Positions 61,856 through 64,000 of a stretch of DNA of 64,000 nt are shown piece after piece; position 1 is the stretch's first letter, and each line of letters starts with the position of its first letter. The stretch comes from an uncultured Eubacteriales bacterium (GTDB lineage Bacteria > Bacillota > Clostridia > Christensenellales > Aristaeellaceae). Both the position numbers and the translations under genes were made by a program. The notes under the pieces are model-generated. The model was given only the letters and a program-made list of their open reading frames with translations, did not search any database and was not told the origin of the DNA. The stretch lies in contig CADBVG010000015.1 of NCBI GenBank assembly GCA_902798105.1, positions 4,916 to 68,915 on the forward strand, read 5' to 3'.

Positions 61856-63142
61856 CTACTTCGCCGCCAACAGCTTCTCCGCGCTGACCAGCCGGACGCA
61901 CAGGGCAAAGAGCTCCGCGGCGACGGACAGCTCCTGCATGGTCGGATAGGAGGGCGCAATGCGGATGCTGTTGTCCTGGGGGTCCTTGCCGTAGGGCCAG
62001 GTCGCGCCCGCGGGAGTCATCACCACGCCGGCCTTCTTGGCCCGGGCCACGATGGCCCTCGCGCAGCCCGGCAGGCTCTCAAAGTGGATGAAGTAACCGC
62101 CCAGGGGCTTGGTCCAGCTGCCGATGCCCAGGCCGCCCAGCTTCTCCTCCAGGGTATTCTCCACCATCTCGAACTTCGGGCGGAGGATGTCGGCGTGCTT
62201 GCGCATGTGCTCCACCATGCCGTGGATATTGCCAAAGAAGCGCACGTGGCGCAGCTGGTTCACCTTGTCATGGCCGATGGTTTGCCGCCGCAGCTGGTTG
62301 GTGATATCTTCCATATTGTTCGGCGAGGTGGCCAGCGCCGCGATGCCGGAGCCGGGGAAGGTGATCTTGCTGGTGGAGGAGAACTTGTACACCATATCCG
62401 GGTTGCCCGCCCGCTTGCACTCGGCCAGGATCTCGATCAGGTAGTCCTGCTTCTCGTCGTACAGGTGGTGCATACCGTATGCGTTGTCCCAGAAGATGCG
62501 GAAATCCTGGGCGGCAGGCTCCAGCCGGGCGAAGCGGCGCACCGTCTCGTCGCTGTAGGAATAGCCCTGGGGGTTGGAGTACTTGGGTACGCACCAGATG
62601 CCCTTGACGGCCTCGTCCTCGGCCACCAGCTTTTCCACCATGTCCATTTGGGGACCGTTGGGCGTCATGGGCACCGGGATCATCTCGATGCCGAAGTATT
62701 CGGTGATGGCGAAGTGGCGGTCATAGCCGGGCACGGGACAGAGGAACTTCACCTTGTCCAGCTTGCACCAGGGCGTGGAGCCCATGATGCCGTGGGTGTA
62801 GGCGCGGGATACGGTATCATACATCACGTTCAGGCTGGAATTGCCGTAGATGATGATGTCCTTGGGATTGTTCTCCATCATGTCACCCAGCAGCTCCCTG
62901 GCTTCCTCGATGCCGGTCAGCGCCCCGTAGTTGCGGCAGTCGGTGCCGTCGTCACAGGTCAGGTCGCTGTCGGAATCCAGCACGTCCATCAGCCCCATGG
63001 ACAAATCCAGCTGCTCCTTGCAGGGCACGCCTCGGCTCATGTTCAGGTGAATGCCCATGCTCTGGTACTTCTGGTATTCCTTCTTCAGCAGGGCGATCTC
63101 GTTCTCCAGTTCCTCACGGGTCATTTCCGCGTAGGTTTTCAT
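61856..63142 (-). CDS. PLP-dependent aminotransferase (class I/II fold)
   Basis: ORF trimmed to MKTYAEMTREELENEIALL. CVPKYSNPQGYSY and the SSTSKITFPGSG Lys motif. Confidence 0.85.
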   Translation of the reverse strand: MKTYAEMTREELENEIALLKKEYQKYQSMGIHLNMSRGVPCKEQLDLSMGLMDVLDSDSDLTCDDGTDCRNYGALTGIEEARELLGDMMENNPKDIIIYGNSSLNVMYDTVSRAYTHGIMGSTPWCKLDKVKFLCPVPGYDRHFAITEYFGIEMIPVPMTPNGPQMDMVEKLVAEDEAVKGIWCVPKYSNPQGYSYSDETVRRFARLEPAAQDFRIFWDNAYGMHHLYDEKQDYLIEILAECKRAGNPDMVYKFSSTSKITFPGSGIAALATSPNNMEDITNQLRRQTIGHDKVNQLRHVRFFGNIHGMVEHMRKHADILRPKFEMVENTLEEKLGGLGIGSWTKPLGGYFIHFESLPGCARAIVARAKKAGVVMTPAGATWPYGKDPQDNSIRIAPSYPTMQELSVAAELFALCVRLVSAEKLLAAK

Positions 63143-63234
63143 AGCGCAATCCGACCTTTCCCGATTGAGTATTGCTTTTGCTATTCTATCATATGTTTGC
63201 GCCCATTTCCACGTCCAAACCGTATAAACAAAGG

Positions 63235-63274
63235 TTAAATTTGCATTTTTTGATCTCTCAATATGCAAATTTAA
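63235..63274. promoter_or_regulatory. Perfect 12-bp inverted repeat (candidate operator)
   Basis: TTAAATTTGCAT, 16 nt, ATGCAAATTTAA, in the divergent aminotransferase/glgP control region. Confidence 0.4.
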
Positions 63275-63445
63275 TCCCTGAATGGCCAAATTGCAGCGCG
63301 CGGGCCTGCCTGCGGCCCCTTCTATATCGTCCTTCATGGTATCACCGGTGCTCCTTTCTGTAAAGTGGTCGTTGAATCCCCGTGAACAAAGGGCAAAAAG
63401 GCCCAAATATGCGCGTTTTCACCCAAAAAATCAACACACATTCCA

Positions 63446-63474
63446 TTGCACAACCCTACGTTATGTGTTATAGT
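63446..63474 (+). promoter_or_regulatory. Sigma-A promoter of glgP
   Basis: TTGCAC, 17 nt, TGtTATAGT (extended -10). A 7-bp hairpin GACGGTA/TACCGTC follows immediately. Confidence 0.55.
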
Positions 63475-63520
63475 GACGGTAGAACTTACCGTCATGCCTT
63501 AATTATTCGGAGGTGTTTTT

Positions 63521-64000
63521 GTGAATTTTGAACGGATGACCGTTGAACAGATCAAGCAGAGCATACTCAACAAGCTGCACACGCAGTTTGCCTGCGATGT
63601 GGCGGATGCCACACCCGAGCAGCTTTACCAGGCCCTGGCCCTGGTGGTGCGCGATGAAATCATGCAGCGTCGCAGCTATTCCCGCGACGCCCGCAAGAAG
63701 CAGCAGGCGAAGAAGGTCTACTACCTCAGCGCCGAATTCCTGGTGGGCCGCGCCCTGCACAACAACATGGTCAACCTGGTCAATGAGACCAATTATATGA
63801 AGGCTCTGGACGAGCTGGGCATCGATCGCTCCGTCGTTTTCGAGGAAGAGCCCGAGCCCGGCCTGGGCAACGGCGGCCTGGGCCGCCTCGCCGCCTGCTT
63901 CCTGGATTCCCTGACCACGCTGAAGCTGCCCGCCATGGGCTGCACCATCCGCTATGAGTTCGGCCTGTTCCGCCAGAGGCTGGTGGACGGCTACCAGGTC
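63521..64000 (+). CDS. glgP: Glycogen/alpha-glucan phosphorylase, N-terminal fragment (runs off the right edge)
   Basis: GTG start with GGAGG 7 nt upstream. ...YYLSAEFLVGRALHNNMVNL...EPEPGLGNGGLGRLAACFLDSLTTL... is the phosphorylase hallmark. Open-ended, so absent from the ORF track. Confidence 0.9.
   Translation, partial: MNFERMTVEQIKQSILNKLHTQFACDVADATPEQLYQALALVVRDEIMQRRSYSRDARKKQQAKKVYYLSAEFLVGRALHNNMVNLVNETNYMKALDELGIDRSVVFEEEPEPGLGNGGLGRLAACFLDSLTTLKLPAMGCTIRYEFGLFRQRLVDGYQV

Overview
GC-rich chromosomal segment of a spore-forming Firmicute (Clostridia, Oscillospiraceae-like by gene content; the organism cannot be named from the sequence alone). Every call rests on reading the ORF translations and the DNA by eye. 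No BLAST, HMM or folding software was run, so family names are motif-level recognitions. Many start codons are my trims of the supplied ORFs to the first start with a plausible RBS.

Layout:
- 1-6.8 kb (minus): xseA'-nusB-amaP-asp23 and a complete spoIIIAA-AH operon.
- 7.2-11.6 kb (plus): one 1471-aa very acidic secreted protein with peptidoglycan-binding repeats.
- 12.1-18.7 kb (minus): dus, Zn-ribbon/TPR, HEAT, TPR, hslO and a SAM methyltransferase.
- 19-22.4 kb: HAD phosphatase, an orphan CbiC-like gene, a monocistronic tRNA-Trp and a MATE exporter.
- 22.4-37.2 kb (minus): the classic string murA / rimP-nusA-ylxR-ylxQ-infB-rbfA-nrnA-truB-ribF(N-domain only)-rpsO-pnp-M16 peptidase-esterase.
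- 37.2-41.7 kb: small genes (FmdB, YkvI-like, mini P-loop ATPase, GNAT, rpiB, CDF).
- 41.9-61.8 kb: carbohydrate region. It holds GH42 plus a Cof phosphatase. A roughly 14-kb single-strand pectin/galacturonan operon carries an LplABC-type ABC importer, two MalK/MsmK-type ATPases, GH28, GH88/105, a TIM-barrel isomerase and CE8. A GGDEF gene and a divergent GH4 (LplD-like) follow.
- Right end: an aminotransferase and the start of glgP.

Most interesting observations:
1. Five uncharacterised polytopic membrane proteins are translationally packed into the pectin importer operon. Four of them bracket a MalK-type ATPase.
2. Several intergenic repeat families are visible. A 150-168 bp element bounded by terminal inverted repeats (TIR) occurs three times, once inside the rpsO-pnp spacer. 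A hairpin element is inserted inside the spoIIIA operon. There are also GC-rich hairpin modules and a 243-bp palindromic module carrying crossed terminators.
3. spoIIIAF is reduced to a 56-codon stub that the ORF track missed.
4. The RibF lacks its riboflavin kinase half.
5. The GGDEF protein has its sensor-sized unknown domain at the C-terminus.

No CRISPR array, rRNA, prophage, transposase or recognisable defence system was seen.
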